This document shows, in pieces, positions 43,401-56,013 of a DNA stretch of 64,000 nucleotides. How positions within the stretch are numbered: the first letter of the stretch is position 1; each line of letters starts with the position of its first letter. The position numbers and the translations under genes were made by a program. The DNA comes from Dimorphilus gyrociliatus. Lineage: Eukaryota > Animalia > Annelida. The notes under the pieces were generated by a model. That model was not told the DNA's origin and ran no database searches. It was given only the letters and a program-made list of their open reading frames with translations. The stretch is from positions 310,001 through 374,000 of the forward strand of contig CAJFCJ010000010.1 in assembly GCA_904063045.1 (NCBI GenBank), written 5' to 3'.

Positions 43401-46400
43401 TTAACCTTAATACCTTATAAGGAAAAGTTAATTCGATTAAAGAAATGTAACATCACCATATCAAAAAACAAACATAAAAATTCAACAAAGAAAATAATCT
43501 GACTAACCTGCAGCCTCTGAGTTGATTTAGCTGGAGTTGAGTGTTGGGATGAGCCAACAGAAACTGGTGAACTTAAAGTTCGTATACCATGGTTTCCGTC
43601 CATTGGAGAAGGACTGTGTCTTGGACTCTCTCTCATCAACGGTACCGGTTCTAATGAAATAATATAAGGCATGTAATACATCCTTATTTCAATTTTTCAA
43701 AATCTTTCATATAATAAACTGGTGAAGCCAAGATAAAAAACAAAAAGTAAAGAAACTTCACAATTTTTGAAGATAATTTGTTTAAAGTTAGTTGTACGAC
43801 TGTTAGAATAAAAGTGCGTATTACAAAGCTAACTACGACAAGATAACGCATAGAAATGATGTTCTAAAAATAGATATGATAGATAGCTAAAAATATGCGC
43901 TTATACGTATATATGTACTAGTGCGGGATTTAAGCATCACCAATGAGCTGCTTTATATAAAATATCTTAAAAAGGTAAACGTTGAACTACAAACAACTCT
44001 TAGTTATAATGTTTGCTTTGCTCTCAGTCTTTACAAAACGAAGTATTTTGCAATTTTACCATTACTGGAAAACTTAATATAATAAATCATTGTAATTGAT
44101 CATCAAGCGAAGAAAGACAAAAAGGGTAATATTAGCGGAAAGTTTTTAATTTTTATGAAATATTTTCTATAATCATTAGCCTTGTTTATATGCTTCAATT
44201 TTTAGTAAAAAAAAGTATACTTTAAATATTTTTTAGCTGCTTTCTAACAAATTGTCAACGATTTTCTAAAAATAATGTTATGTATTGAAGAAATTTACAA
44301 CAATTATCCTAGTAATTAAAGATAAAAATTTACGATAAAGATTTGAAATAATTCTATAGTCATTACTGTATGTATTATCATTTATGTATAGACAGTATTT
44401 ATTAGCCGTTTAAGGGTATATCCATAAATAGCGGCACTATATTCAATCGAAATGTTGGGGGTGTTAAATAACAAGAACTGTTTGAATTTTGTTGAATTTA
44501 ACAATGCACAATGTACGAGAAAAATGATAAATTGACATAAAACTAAGAAACTATCGATCGTTTCGTAATTGTAAAAGTATATTGAAGATTAACGTGCTTG
44601 TACATTTCACTCATAATAATAGAGTCGCCGGCATGATTTGGCGAATATTATATCTTTACGTTTTTCTTCATGTGTGCAATGGATTTATAAACGTATTTGG
44701 TAGGTAATTAGGAAAAATATTAATTAAGCTCAAGCCCCCGACTTAATAGAATAAAAAGAAATTAAATTGAGTAAGAATTAATGTGTATCATCATCGTATC
44801 AGAGCCAGACTGCTTTCTTGGCTTTGGTAATTGGGGAAGTTGGTCAAGCTGCTCAGGACCATGTGGAACGCGCCAAAGAACTAAACCTTGTCTAGGAATT
44901 GGTAAAGGATCTACGCAAGAAGAATCTTGCAATACATATGCTTGTCCAGGTATAAAAATTTGTCATATTTTTTCATCATGTCTAGTATTGTTAAAATATT
45001 TTCAAAAGGGCTTTTGTACGCGGAACATTTTATATTTCTAAATTTTTCAATGAAAGAAACTAATAGAACGAACTATAATTATTATTTCAATACAGTAAAT
45101 GGTAAATGGTCCGTTTGGTCTGAATGGAGTTCTTGCGATTCGTATTGCGGAGCAGGAAAAAAAACTAGAACTAGACAATGTAACAATCCAAAACCTGCTA
45201 ATGGCGGATTAAATTGTAATGGCATTGATGTTAAGAGGCAAAATTGTCAGAAAATTAGCTGCTCATGTCAGTTTAATTATTTAATCAGAAAAGTATAAAA
45301 GATAAAGTAGACAAGCTAAAAAAAGTGATGAAAAATGCATTTGTACCAGATGCACTTCTAACAGATCTGAAATCTTTCTTAACAATTCTCTCTTCCCTAT
45401 TTTATTCATTGATATCGAAAAAATTAGTAGAGAGCAAAAATTATTTTCGGAAATCACGACCTTTAAAATTTATCCCCTTAACATTTCTTTATAGAAATTA
45501 ATAAACGATGTTTTCTATTATTGCAGTAAGAAAATATAGTACTTGGGGAGTTTGCACGTCAAAATGTCAATTAAGCAAACCAAATATCTGTACCATTAGT
45601 TCAATTAGTGGACAAAATTGTTATGGAAATGGCGATGCAGTCAAAAAGTGTAGAATTGAAACTTGCAAAGGTAATAACTGTACATATTAATTAACGTAAG
45701 TAATAGAAGACTAATATATAGGAATTTTACTTAATTCAAAAGAAGTTTTATTAGATTTGCATATTTAGAGTTCATAAATTAACCCCTATATATCTTCGTT
45801 GTATTGCCTATTAACAGCAAAAATTAACTTTTGCAGCTGAACTCTCTACACTATACCAAATTGTTTCCACTTCAGGACTCCATCCGGAGCCCCTTATTAA
45901 ACAAAAAAGTAGAAGTAAATTGGAATGTGCAGCCATTTGTAATTCAGATATCAATTGTACTAATTACATTTTTGAGACTCTGTCAAAATTTTGCAACATC
46001 TTTAAAAAATTAATAATATAAATAACGAATAAGTTAATAATAATTAACTTTTAAATTGCAAAGAATACTAATTATCATTCTGTTCCATTTTATGTTTAAT
46101 ATAGCCTACTATTAATTGACAACTATGTACAGGAATATTCAGAAAAAACAACATTTACTATTGATCCTGGCGACCTCCAACAACTAAATTATTCTTTACC
46201 TCTTTTTTATTTCAATAACTGATTTAATAATTTTCTATCTAATCGTTAAGGATACAAAAGGAAAACTATTACTCACGTTGCGGTACATGGATCGAAGGTG
46301 GAGGCCTAGAGAGAGGCACAGTAGATAATACGGCTGGTCCACTAGAAACCGGATATTGCCCATGACTGGATCTAAAGTCCGCGATCGTTTCAGCACTTCT

Positions 46401-46934
46401 CTGTAAAATTTGTTCATTATTGCCTTTGGCAGTTATGTAAAATTATTGTTATGACGGAATAGTCTGTCTCGAAGTAGCCTATATTATCAGATGCTACAAA
46501 CTTAAGATGGCGCTTAAATTAATACTTGGCTGACAGTATATCATATAGTTAGTTTGACCGATTTCCCGACCATCTATTATTAGAAATTTAAAACCAAATA
46601 TTAAACCTTGAACATGGGCGAATGCATGCGAGGTCTCGTTCCCATTGAAGCGAATTGTTCAGAAAGACCGTCCATGTTCGGTAAAGGTTTTCGCTAAAAA
46701 ATAGAAAAAGTACGGTAGATAATTGATCTTTACGATCGTCATGGCATGTCAAACCGGTGAAAAGTTTGGTCCATGTCCGAAATCTGCAAAACCATTCGCA
46801 TTATTTACCGCATTTGATGTGAAGGTTGCTGTAAAGTATTCGTCCCCGTTACTGCCATCTGTTGGCAATTGGTATCCTTCAAACTTTTCGACGCCGTCTC
46901 CAGTTTGTCGCTTTCCAGGCATAACAGGCTCCAT
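40414..46934 (-). CDS. PAN3: PAN2-PAN3 deadenylase subunit PAN3 (pseudokinase, coiled coil, C-terminal knob)
   Basis: Eleven phase-consistent exons: 46934-46755, 46693-46607, 46400-46277, 43650-43508, 43366-43265, 43189-42865, 42810-42694, 42491-42263, 42190-42100, 41179-40907 and 40761-40414. Hallmarks: [74 protein letters not shown] and PWVDLAHIVNCLNKLDAG. Confidence 0.96.
44633..46021 (+). CDS. Secreted 237-aa protein: signal peptide, three thrombospondin type-1 repeats and a C-terminal PAN/apple-like module; nested antisense in PAN3 intron 3
   Basis: Exons 44633-44699 (MIWRILYLYVFLHVCNG), 44803-44949 (WGSWSSCSGPCGTRQRTKPC), 45096-45266 (WSVWSEWSSCDSYCGAGKKTRTRQCNNPKP), 45527-45670 (YSTWGVCTSKC) and 45837-46021 (SKLECAAICNSDINCTNYIFETLSKFCNIF). 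All introns are phase 1; 714 nt in frame. Confidence 0.85.
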
Positions 46935-48460
46935 GTTTTATCAGCTAATCACACAATTAACAACAATCAGTCTTAAAATTTGAATTCCTAGATTTCAATG
47001 TCAAAGCGTCGCCTTTATTAACTGGACAATACAGCTGTTAACGCTTTTTACGTTTAATCATTTTTTTCAAGCAGTTCTCTTGGTTTTTGAAATTGTTTTG
47101 AAAAATGAACGTCTTTATATCCGACCCTAAACGGGATTTTCTTCATATGTCTCCCAAAGTCGTAAAAAACGTCGATTTTTATCGATATTTGATTTCGCTG
47201 ATCAAGGCTGCGCGCGCAGGTCAAGGTCGAATAATTATTTTTCGTTTTTTTTTAATGATTAATTTTAGGATATAGTTTGTGTTATTTTAAAATTTATATA
47301 TGATCAATCGATAATAGATTTGTATTGTTTTGAAAAATTTATAGGATAATGTTCGAAAAAGTTTACCGGTGAATTCTTCCAAACATTCATTGGTCCAATC
47401 TATCATTTTTGTCGTCTGCTTCATTCTGTTTAATATTTTAATCAAAGATTATAACTTCTACTGATAAGAAAAGCACAAAGATAGCAATTAGCATATGTTT
47501 GGAATTCTAGATAATATTCTACTTTATCTATAATTTATCAAAAATATATAAATTCCAAAATATTTTGTGGAGAGAGAGAGACTTTATGATTACTTGTTAT
47601 TTTAAACTAGATTTTACCTTAGCAACAATAATTGAGATTGAGTTTCTAATTAACTTTTAGCAAGCTAATACTCACTCACACTAATGGGCATAGCAAGTGT
47701 TTTGATTAAACAATGAGGATCAAGACTGTGAGTGATTAATGATAATCAGCTCAAACATTGACCTCCAAAGTCGGTAATAGCATTGAATCCTATTTAGAAA
47801 AGATAAACATTTATAAATTCAACCTTAGCTGTCTCCTTGAACACAATGAACTTTTTTATACTTAACACAATTGTCATTTGCTGTATGACAATCTTCGTTT
47901 CATGACTAAATGCTATCGTTAAACAAGACAAGAGAGGAAACCTAGAATGATTTCTTTTATTCGGATTAATGCAGATTGTATTATAATTCACTTTTATCTA
48001 AAGTTATATAAAAAATGTAACTTAGTATCACAACTTAATAATATTCCTAAAGACAGCTGTTATTTCAAAAGCTATTATTTACGTTAGCGCAAACTTATCG
48101 CAAACTAGGAAAGTGGATTCTTTCTAAAATAGAGATAAGGTTTTAAATTAGTATTATTTCTTACTCTATCTAATAAAAACTTGTTGTCAATTCACTTGAA
48201 TACTGAAAGACTGATTTGTTATCAATAATCTTTTCGTGTGTGCATTAGCAGACGACAAAATATAAAGACTGGTTAGAAAAAAGCGGTAGATTTCCATTAA
48301 CCGGTCGATTTTTGTTTACTGCTCCAGGTGTTTGTATATGCTTTGTGTAGGACCAGTCTAAACCAACCAAATAATCGTATTTTGTAATAAAACAATCTTC
48401 ATATTAAAAAATTATAAATAATATTATATTAATAGTTTTTGAAATTGGTTGTTTAGAAAA

Positions 48461-48470
48461 ACCGGAAGTG
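48461..48470 (+). promoter_or_regulatory. ETS/GABP site in the zinc-finger gene promoter; YY1-like GCAGCCATTTTGG at 48857-48869
   Basis: ACCGGAAGTG is an exact ETS consensus. It lies in the intergenic region shared by the divergent PAN3 and ZnF genes. Confidence 0.5.
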
Positions 48471-48953
48471 TTAATTAAATGCCAAGCTAAGCCATATTTG
48501 TGTTTCCTGTCCTGCTTTCCCAGTCGAAATTCGATGCATAATTCGCATTTTTTCGCGTTTGGAGATTCATAAAAGTTTTAAAACGTAAGCTTTTATAAAC
48601 TTTAAAGTTCTTACGTCATGTTTATGCTTAGTTAATCATGAGACAATGTTTTATCAATTGGATTTTGCTGCCTACTTAAACTTCCAATCAGGCATCGTCA
48701 ATTGATGTTTATTTCGTGTGTATTTTCCGTTTAGCTTTCGTTATTGACAATCAAAACATGAATTTTGATTGTAATAAAATTTTTAATAGCATTTCAATTG
48801 CGCGTAAGGAAAATAATTAAAGATTTCATAGTTAACTATGGGTAAATGGGGGTGGGGCAGCCATTTTGGTCTTGAACACCTTAATTATCGCTATAGCTTT
48901 GATACATGTTTGTTTCCTTGAGTCTAACTAATCGTATCTAACTTAAATACAGC

Positions 48954-51840
48954 ATGTCAGCCGACTTCCAGTGTGGAAGTGGCGCGATTCACGAAACTTC
49001 TGCAACAGATGGCGCCTATTCGGAGGAGGAAAACAAGGCTATTAGTGATTCGGGTCCAAGCTTAAACTTGGATACTGAAGAAAAATTCGAAGTTCCACCT
49101 GTATATGAAACCCTCGAGGATGTGCCTAATAAGGAAAATATAATTAATTGCGAAGAACCAAATACAGCGGGTTTGGAACCAGACGAACCGGATGAGCAAA
49201 TTCAACACGAGGAGATAATAGACGAAGAAGTATCAGGTATAATAGCAGATGACATACCAACAGATACAAGTCAAATGGGTGATATCTGCCATGTCTATGG
49301 TGAACAAGATGATACTGAGGATCAATTTGGAGAGGTTGTTCAAGAAGAAGAGCAAAGAGACGACAATAAACTGCTATTCGTTAATGAGTGTGGAGAAATA
49401 ATAGAACCTCCAGCTGGTGATTACATAACCGAAGGAAACGTTATTATTCGTGTAGGATCCAACAGTGATGTGTATGAATGTGAAGTTGCAAATTCTGTAG
49501 ATATTGAGGAGATAAATGATTCTGACATTCCTATGGAGCGCGAACAAACAATTCCTAACGATGAATTTGAAAGTTCAGATGCTAGCTTGATCTCATCTGC
49601 CCCCCTATCTGCTGTTATGGACTCAACTCAAGACGATAGATTCTTCTTGAAGAGTCCAGATTATCAGGACCACGATCCATTTCTTTCTTCTGCTCAGGAC
49701 CAGGAGTCTTCCTGGCAAATGTCTAATACAAATGATGCAGATCCTTCATATATTCCGAAAGGAAAACGTAAAAAAGAAGCAAGAGAATCCAATAAGCCAT
49801 CAAAGATACCAAAGTTAACGAAAGAAATCCCGAAACGAATTAGATTTCCTACGGGACCTGCAGGTCTACCAAAAATGCCTTTTCCTGTTGCTCCACCGGA
49901 TATATTTCCCTTTCCAAGTCGCTCCGACACGACAGAGACTAAGGCTGCTTTAAACAAATTAAACGATTTAACAAAACTAAACCTTCAGAAAGATGGAACT
50001 GTTTCAGGAGCAATGTTTGTCCAAAAAAGCCTCGAAAGGGAGGCGAATAGCAACGAATTAGCACTAACAATGACAAATGTCAGGCACCATCTTTTTGGAA
50101 AGAAAAACGTAGAAGAAACTAAATGCAACGGAACTGGAGGTTGGAGGGTAGTTAAAGGAAAACAACCATCGAATATTAATTCTAAAACGAACCTACTAGA
50201 CATATTGACACCTACCAAACCTCCACCTCAAAACTTCCAAACATTACAACCGCCGCCAATTGGTCCCAAAACCACTTCAATTACTGCTTTCCCACCTAAC
50301 CGACCAGGAGTTGTTCCGCAAACTGTTGTTCCCAAGATACAAAACGGAAGAAGTGGATTTATTGCTAGACCTCTTGATCCGTACCAAGATCCTCCTGCTC
50401 CCTATCCAGGTTCTAATCCCTTAACGCCGGTGATAATACCCACTGAAGGTCTCCCTCCAGCCGTCAAAATTGACGAAGTACATTCCAGAGCACCCCAAGG
50501 TTAGTGTTACACAATTTCTTTTTAAACAAATTTAGAATTACAAAATAGTATACAATTGTCCTACTTAAAACCTAACTTTTGTCAGAGCAAATCGTAGATA
50601 GCTATCAGACATGGATATTTAAAAAAAAAAAGAAAGAATAAGCAAAAATAAATCAAGGTCATTAAGAGAAAACCTTACCCACTATTAAATAAATACTAAA
50701 CAACAATAAGCAATAGTAAAGTTTCAATTTTAGGTCCATTTTCTAAAGTTTTAAATAATTATCAGAACATTTCGATTTCTCTTTAATTTCTAAAATAATA
50801 TGTATTAAAAGAAAAAAAAGAACCGTCAAATTAACAGCTACACCTATATAAAAGCTATTTAATGAGTACATATAAAAATCAGCCTACTTCTTATACTCAA
50901 GGTTCAGGGCAACCTAATCTTGTTATTTTTAAAAAACTTAAGGAACAATATCAGAAAAAATAAATAGAAGAAAGTGATAAAAGAGTAACTTGAAGTTTTG
51001 TTATTTACAATACTTCAGTATTAGTTTGTTTAATTAAGAATAAAATAACATTACTTTAATCTTTTCTCCCTACAAATGTATCTTATTTACCTTTTTACAG
51101 CAGGTGTAAAAAATGGTCGACATTTTAAATGTAACCAATGTACCTACTCAACAACAACGCCTTTATCCCATTTCCGACACTGGTTGACGTCACATTGCTC
51201 CTTTAAACCATATGAATGCTATTATTGCCGTCATCAAACACATACATTAGAACTTCTTAATCGCCATTGTGAAATAGAGCATAGGGTTCATGACAAATTT
51301 TATAGGATTGTCAAAGAACTTGAAATGAATGCTGCCAAGCGATATAATGAAATTTTTGGTATGGCACTGAGGGTCCCTATGGAATGGGCAGGTAACCCCC
51401 ATTTACCACAACAACCACAACAGCAACAAAATCAACAAATGCCTCAACAAGCAATTAAAAATGGCCAAAATTTTGTTCATCCTGTATCTGGAAAACCTCT
51501 AAAGGTTCATAAATATAGGGTCGATAACCTTATATCTTGTGGTCTTTTGAGTGTCGATGAGGCTAAATTACCACCGATCCAAATGTCGGCAATACTGATG
51601 CAGAGGCTAAGATCAGAAAATGGAACCCTGCTTCTCCCACCGCAGTCTGTTCAACAAATGCCCCAACAGCAGCCCCAACAACAGCAACCACAACAACCGC
51701 AACAGCAGCAAGTGGCACAAACAAATAAAGATACGAAAGATTCAGACTATGAAAGCAGTTCACCGCAGAGTGATGATAAATTGAAGCATTCACCGAATAG
51801 TTCACCTGCCCAAACAACATCCGGTGCGCAGGTTAGTTGA
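48954..51840 (+). CDS. C2H2 zinc-finger protein with a long acidic/Pro-rich N-terminus and Gln-rich C-terminal part; 3' end uncertain
   Basis: Exon 48954-50499 joins exon 51101-51831 (NAGNAG acceptor, phase 1). Two fingers: FKCNQCTYSTTTPLSHFRHWLTSH and YECYYCRHQTHTLELLNRHCEIEH. A donor CAG|GTTAGT at 51831 implies further exons. Confidence 0.8.
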
Positions 51841-52900
51841 TCTCAGCCTCTTTTCTCTCTTGCTCTCTCTCTCTCTCTCTTCCGTGCCTTATTTGTAAAT
51901 AAGATTGCCTTGTAAATAAGAAAATTAAAAAGTTACTGTGTAATGTGTTCTATACAATAATTTTTCTTTTTATATGGATAAAAATAGAATTTTCCATTTC
52001 TCACAATATTATTCATTTTATTTTCTTCCGTTCCAGTTCAAGAGAGTAAATAATTTCCCTGCGAAATAAAGTAAACGTACAAAAGTTTTTACAGTATTAT
52101 TGAAAGAAAACAATGAAAAAAATAAGATAAAAACAAAAAAATAAGCAACTTTCCCTTCAATCATCATTCCTTAATCTACCCACCCCCGTACCATTGCTCT
52201 ATTACTCCCTATATTCATTTTGAGAAGAAAAAAATAAACACGACAAGAGATAGAATGTATTTTCTTGGCACTATATATATATATATAGTAATATTTTTGT
52301 TTCACTTGTAGAATTGCGTAAATTGATCATTAGCTCGCAATTCAAACTTGTTATTTTTTGTCTTATTTCAACAAAATAAGGAATTTTAAAAAGTATTAAA
52401 TTAATAGGGAAATATGAAAAATATCTTTTTCTTATCATAACAAAAACTTTTAACATTAAGATAAAAAGAAAAGAAAATAAGGAAATTAAAAGAATTGTAT
52501 TTTCTGTTTCTTATCGATGATTTTTTTTTGTTGCATTGAAATTTTTACCCCTTTTCCTGCTTCACCATCCTCCCTATCCCTCGTTCCCTTTTATTGAATA
52601 ATGTTGTCTTTAATGGAATAATTCTAATAATTCATAAAATATTGTTTTTTTTTTTTTTTAATTTTAATCCTGTCAAGCGTAGAATATTTTTGTTCTATTT
52701 TTAAATTGTACATAATACTTCGAAAGCAGAATGCTCAAAAAATTTGTGGTCGCCAGATAATCATTTTTTTTGTTCGCCAATTGTATGTTTAAAAGTGTAT
52801 AGATACGGTTGATGTGCATAAAATCCTTATCTATGCTCAATTATATATATAGTTTGTACTTCTAATTCCTCTTATATGAGATGTAAAAATTCAAATTAGT

Positions 52901-52910
52901 GTCACGTGAC
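52901..52910. promoter_or_regulatory. Perfect palindromic E-box GTCACGTGAC (USF/MiT-TFE CLEAR-type)
   Basis: Seen directly. Related CACGTG sites occur at 7221-7245 (two), 14211, 58005-58015 and 60901. Confidence 0.4.
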
Positions 52911-55092
52911 TGCTGATTAGAGGCTTAAGTAATAAAACAGATGACAATTGTTTACACAAACTTATGTGAAGATATACAGTTTGTGAATATTATATATATA
53001 TATATATATATTATATGTTATATATGTATATGTATATAATATTATATTTACATAGTGGTAACGTTTCCCAAATTTTATGAATTAAACGGGGACGCTTTAT
53101 CAATAATGAGATGATAGATTTTAAATTTATAACTGGTATAAAAAAAAATATTTAAATTTGAAAACAGAGAAGATTTCTAAATTATAAAGCGTCGACCAGA
53201 AAACTGTGATGATAATTTTTTTTGTTCTTTGTTAATTTTTCTTTATTATATTTTTTTCATGCAAAAGAAAATTCGTGTTAAACTTGTGTATTGGGAATAT
53301 TTTTTCAAGAAAATCGTGCAATTTATCGTATGTTTGTTGTGATTCGTCCAGTTGAAAAACGTAACAGTAGCGAAGATTTATTCTAATACAAAAAAAACTA
53401 TTTTTTTTACACATATACATTTAAAAAAAACAAACAAACATAAAAATATGATAAAATATTTACTTTTTATAAAGAATTCTTTATAAAATATGTCTTACAT
53501 TCTTAAACGATAAGCGCAAAGTTGCCAATTGAATTCTCTTATTTGGGTGTTTCAAAATGGCATATTGTATATAAATATCAAAATATACTGTGCGATATTC
53601 TAAACACATTCTTCATTCTGGACAATAATTTACAAGTCTATGAATTATTCTATTAAATTGTAAATCAAAAGTGAAATTTATTGATATACAGTATCTTTCT
53701 ACATGTTTATATGAGACTTTTTCTCTCTTTAATACTATTCAATCAGTAGATGGCATTACTAGAGTTAATTAACGGAATTATATAAATAATTCTCTAGTAG
53801 ATAGTTTTTAATGCATACTATAATCGAGATATATATATATATGCTAACTTCATCGGTGATTTAATAACATGCTAATTAATTGTAGTATATTTATAGGCAA
53901 TTACATTTAAAAAAAGAAATTCAATTGAAATAGAAATAACTTTAATGCTGACATTTAATAAGAATAGAAAGAGAGCCAGAATCTTCTATAGTTTAGTGTT
54001 AAATTCATTTTATATCATATAATCATAAAGCTTTGAACCAATAAAAGAAAAATAGAATAAATAAGACGAAAGACAAAAAAAAATACTATCTTTTCTTTTA
54101 TAGAATACATAATACATAGTATATATTCATATATATATATATATATATATTCAACTTTAAACAAATAGATCATTTATTTTTAGTTTAAAACAGGCCTTAA
54201 TCTTTCCAATAAATTTACTGTCTTCTATTCTACTTTTAACTACATTTGATGTGATTTTTAATTATCTTCAAGCAATAACATTGACATTTGTGAAAAGTTC
54301 AAATGCTTTTATATTATTTTAATTATATAAAATGGATATTTATTAACTAATCATATAGATTTTTCTCTTATATTATATTGAATAAGTAAACTTTCTTTTG
54401 CTATTTAAGTAGATCATTATTGACAGAGATGCTAGTTTTACAAGGTTGTTTTTTAAATGACCTAAATAATATCCAATTTTTTTATGTATATATAAATACG
54501 TATATCCACCCACCCTACCTGCATTGCAGTATAATTAGCCTTGAATTCACAAAGCGACGAATAATATATAAAAATATATACCATTCGTATATGAAACAAG
54601 ATATACGTTTCCCACGTGTATTAATAACATACTCAAAATAGAGTTTGTCTCTATTATGAAGAGGCAAAAAGGGGAACTTAAGCGTGTTCATAATTAATTA
54701 AAATATGTTGTTTTTTGTATGCTCTAATTGAACAGAATAATAAATTCTCTAGAAAGTGAATGAATGGGAGAGAAAAGAAATTTCTAATTATTTCCAGTAT
54801 TAGTTAATTAAATATGATTAAAGATTTCTCTAATCAACTCACGTGTTTAAGACGATTAATTAAGGCTATGGACACTGTACGCTTTAATTGTCAATTGGTA
54901 ACAGTTTCGTTTCATTAAAACAAAATTTATTTATAAACCCGTTGGAGAAAGTAAAATCTTTAGTTATAGAGAATATAAAGATGAATTTGAATAAATTTAG
55001 GTTATAAAATATATATATATATATAAATATATATTGATTTTTATATATAAATTCATCAATTAAACTTCATAAATTTACTTTTTTTTTTATAG

Positions 55093-56013
55093 TTTAAACT
55101 TTGAAAATAAAGGCAAATTACATCAAGAGATTTTGAATAGCCTGCAGAATTCCTTTGATTCCAAATTGGAATTTGTTCAAGGAACAATATACATTCAAAC
55201 AACTAACGGTCCAGTACTTCTGGCTCTATCGTATAACACTGTATCTGATAATAGTAATTTCCTACCAAAACACACCTGTTCGAGATCTAGCAATTCAAAG
55301 ATTGAGAAAGACATTGATGAAGCTTTTAATTCGTCTCTTAAGTGTGATGTAGAATCAGCTAAAACCATTCGGAAAAACCATAATACACAATTAGATCTGC
55401 ATAGAACTAGCTCGTCATTAACCGAACAGACTGACAGTATTGGAGGAGTTGAAACCAAGGGTAATTACAATTAGTTTCTCAGTCGTAAATGATCATTTTA
55501 TATCGACTAGTATCAGCACTGAAGGCCTATGAACATAGGAAAACAGGAAGGAGACGGCGTAAATCTCTAAATAACGTAATAGTTTTAGATGAGGAAGCAA
55601 CGACTAAAGAGGAGGAGGCACCTATAGCGAAGATAACGAGACGTAAACGGTTGAAAAAACTTGATTCGAAGGTTTCCTTCTTCATATTTTAGAGTTAGCA
55701 TAATCAACCAGTCTTTCTTTAATTAAATTTCTAGAAAAACACGGAAGAGACTTCTAATTTTATATCATTTGAAAATGTACTAACTACAAGAAATTATCAA
55801 CAAAACAATACGAAAGAAACGACTAGAGAGAAATTACGTGAAGAAGAAATTCGAAAGTATCTTCACGAAGACATTTATGAGGAAGAAGACTTTGATTGTA
55901 GTGATTACAATCCAGTAGATTTTGAAAATTTACCGAATCTACCATTCAAGGAGACAAAATTTGGAAAAACGTATGCCAGAAGACGACGATTGGATAGTCA
56001 ATTAACGTTTTAA
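55093..56013 (+). CDS. Orphan coding exons (basic NLS-like and acidic segments) with no start codon; either the 3' end of the ZnF gene or a separate gene
   Basis: Exons 55093-55460, 55511-55671 and 55735-56013 are open, GT-AG and phase-consistent. They contain RKTGRRRRKS and ITRRKRLKK and end FGKTYARRRRLDSQLTF*. The first acceptor is phase 2; a candidate upstream exon is 52941-52978. Confidence 0.65.

Noticed and set aside
53232-53420. Protein-like frames on both strands (FQLDESQQTYDKLHDFLEK; QENRAIYRMFVVIRP)
   Set aside because: No usable acceptor or start in frame, and not linkable to neighbouring exons.
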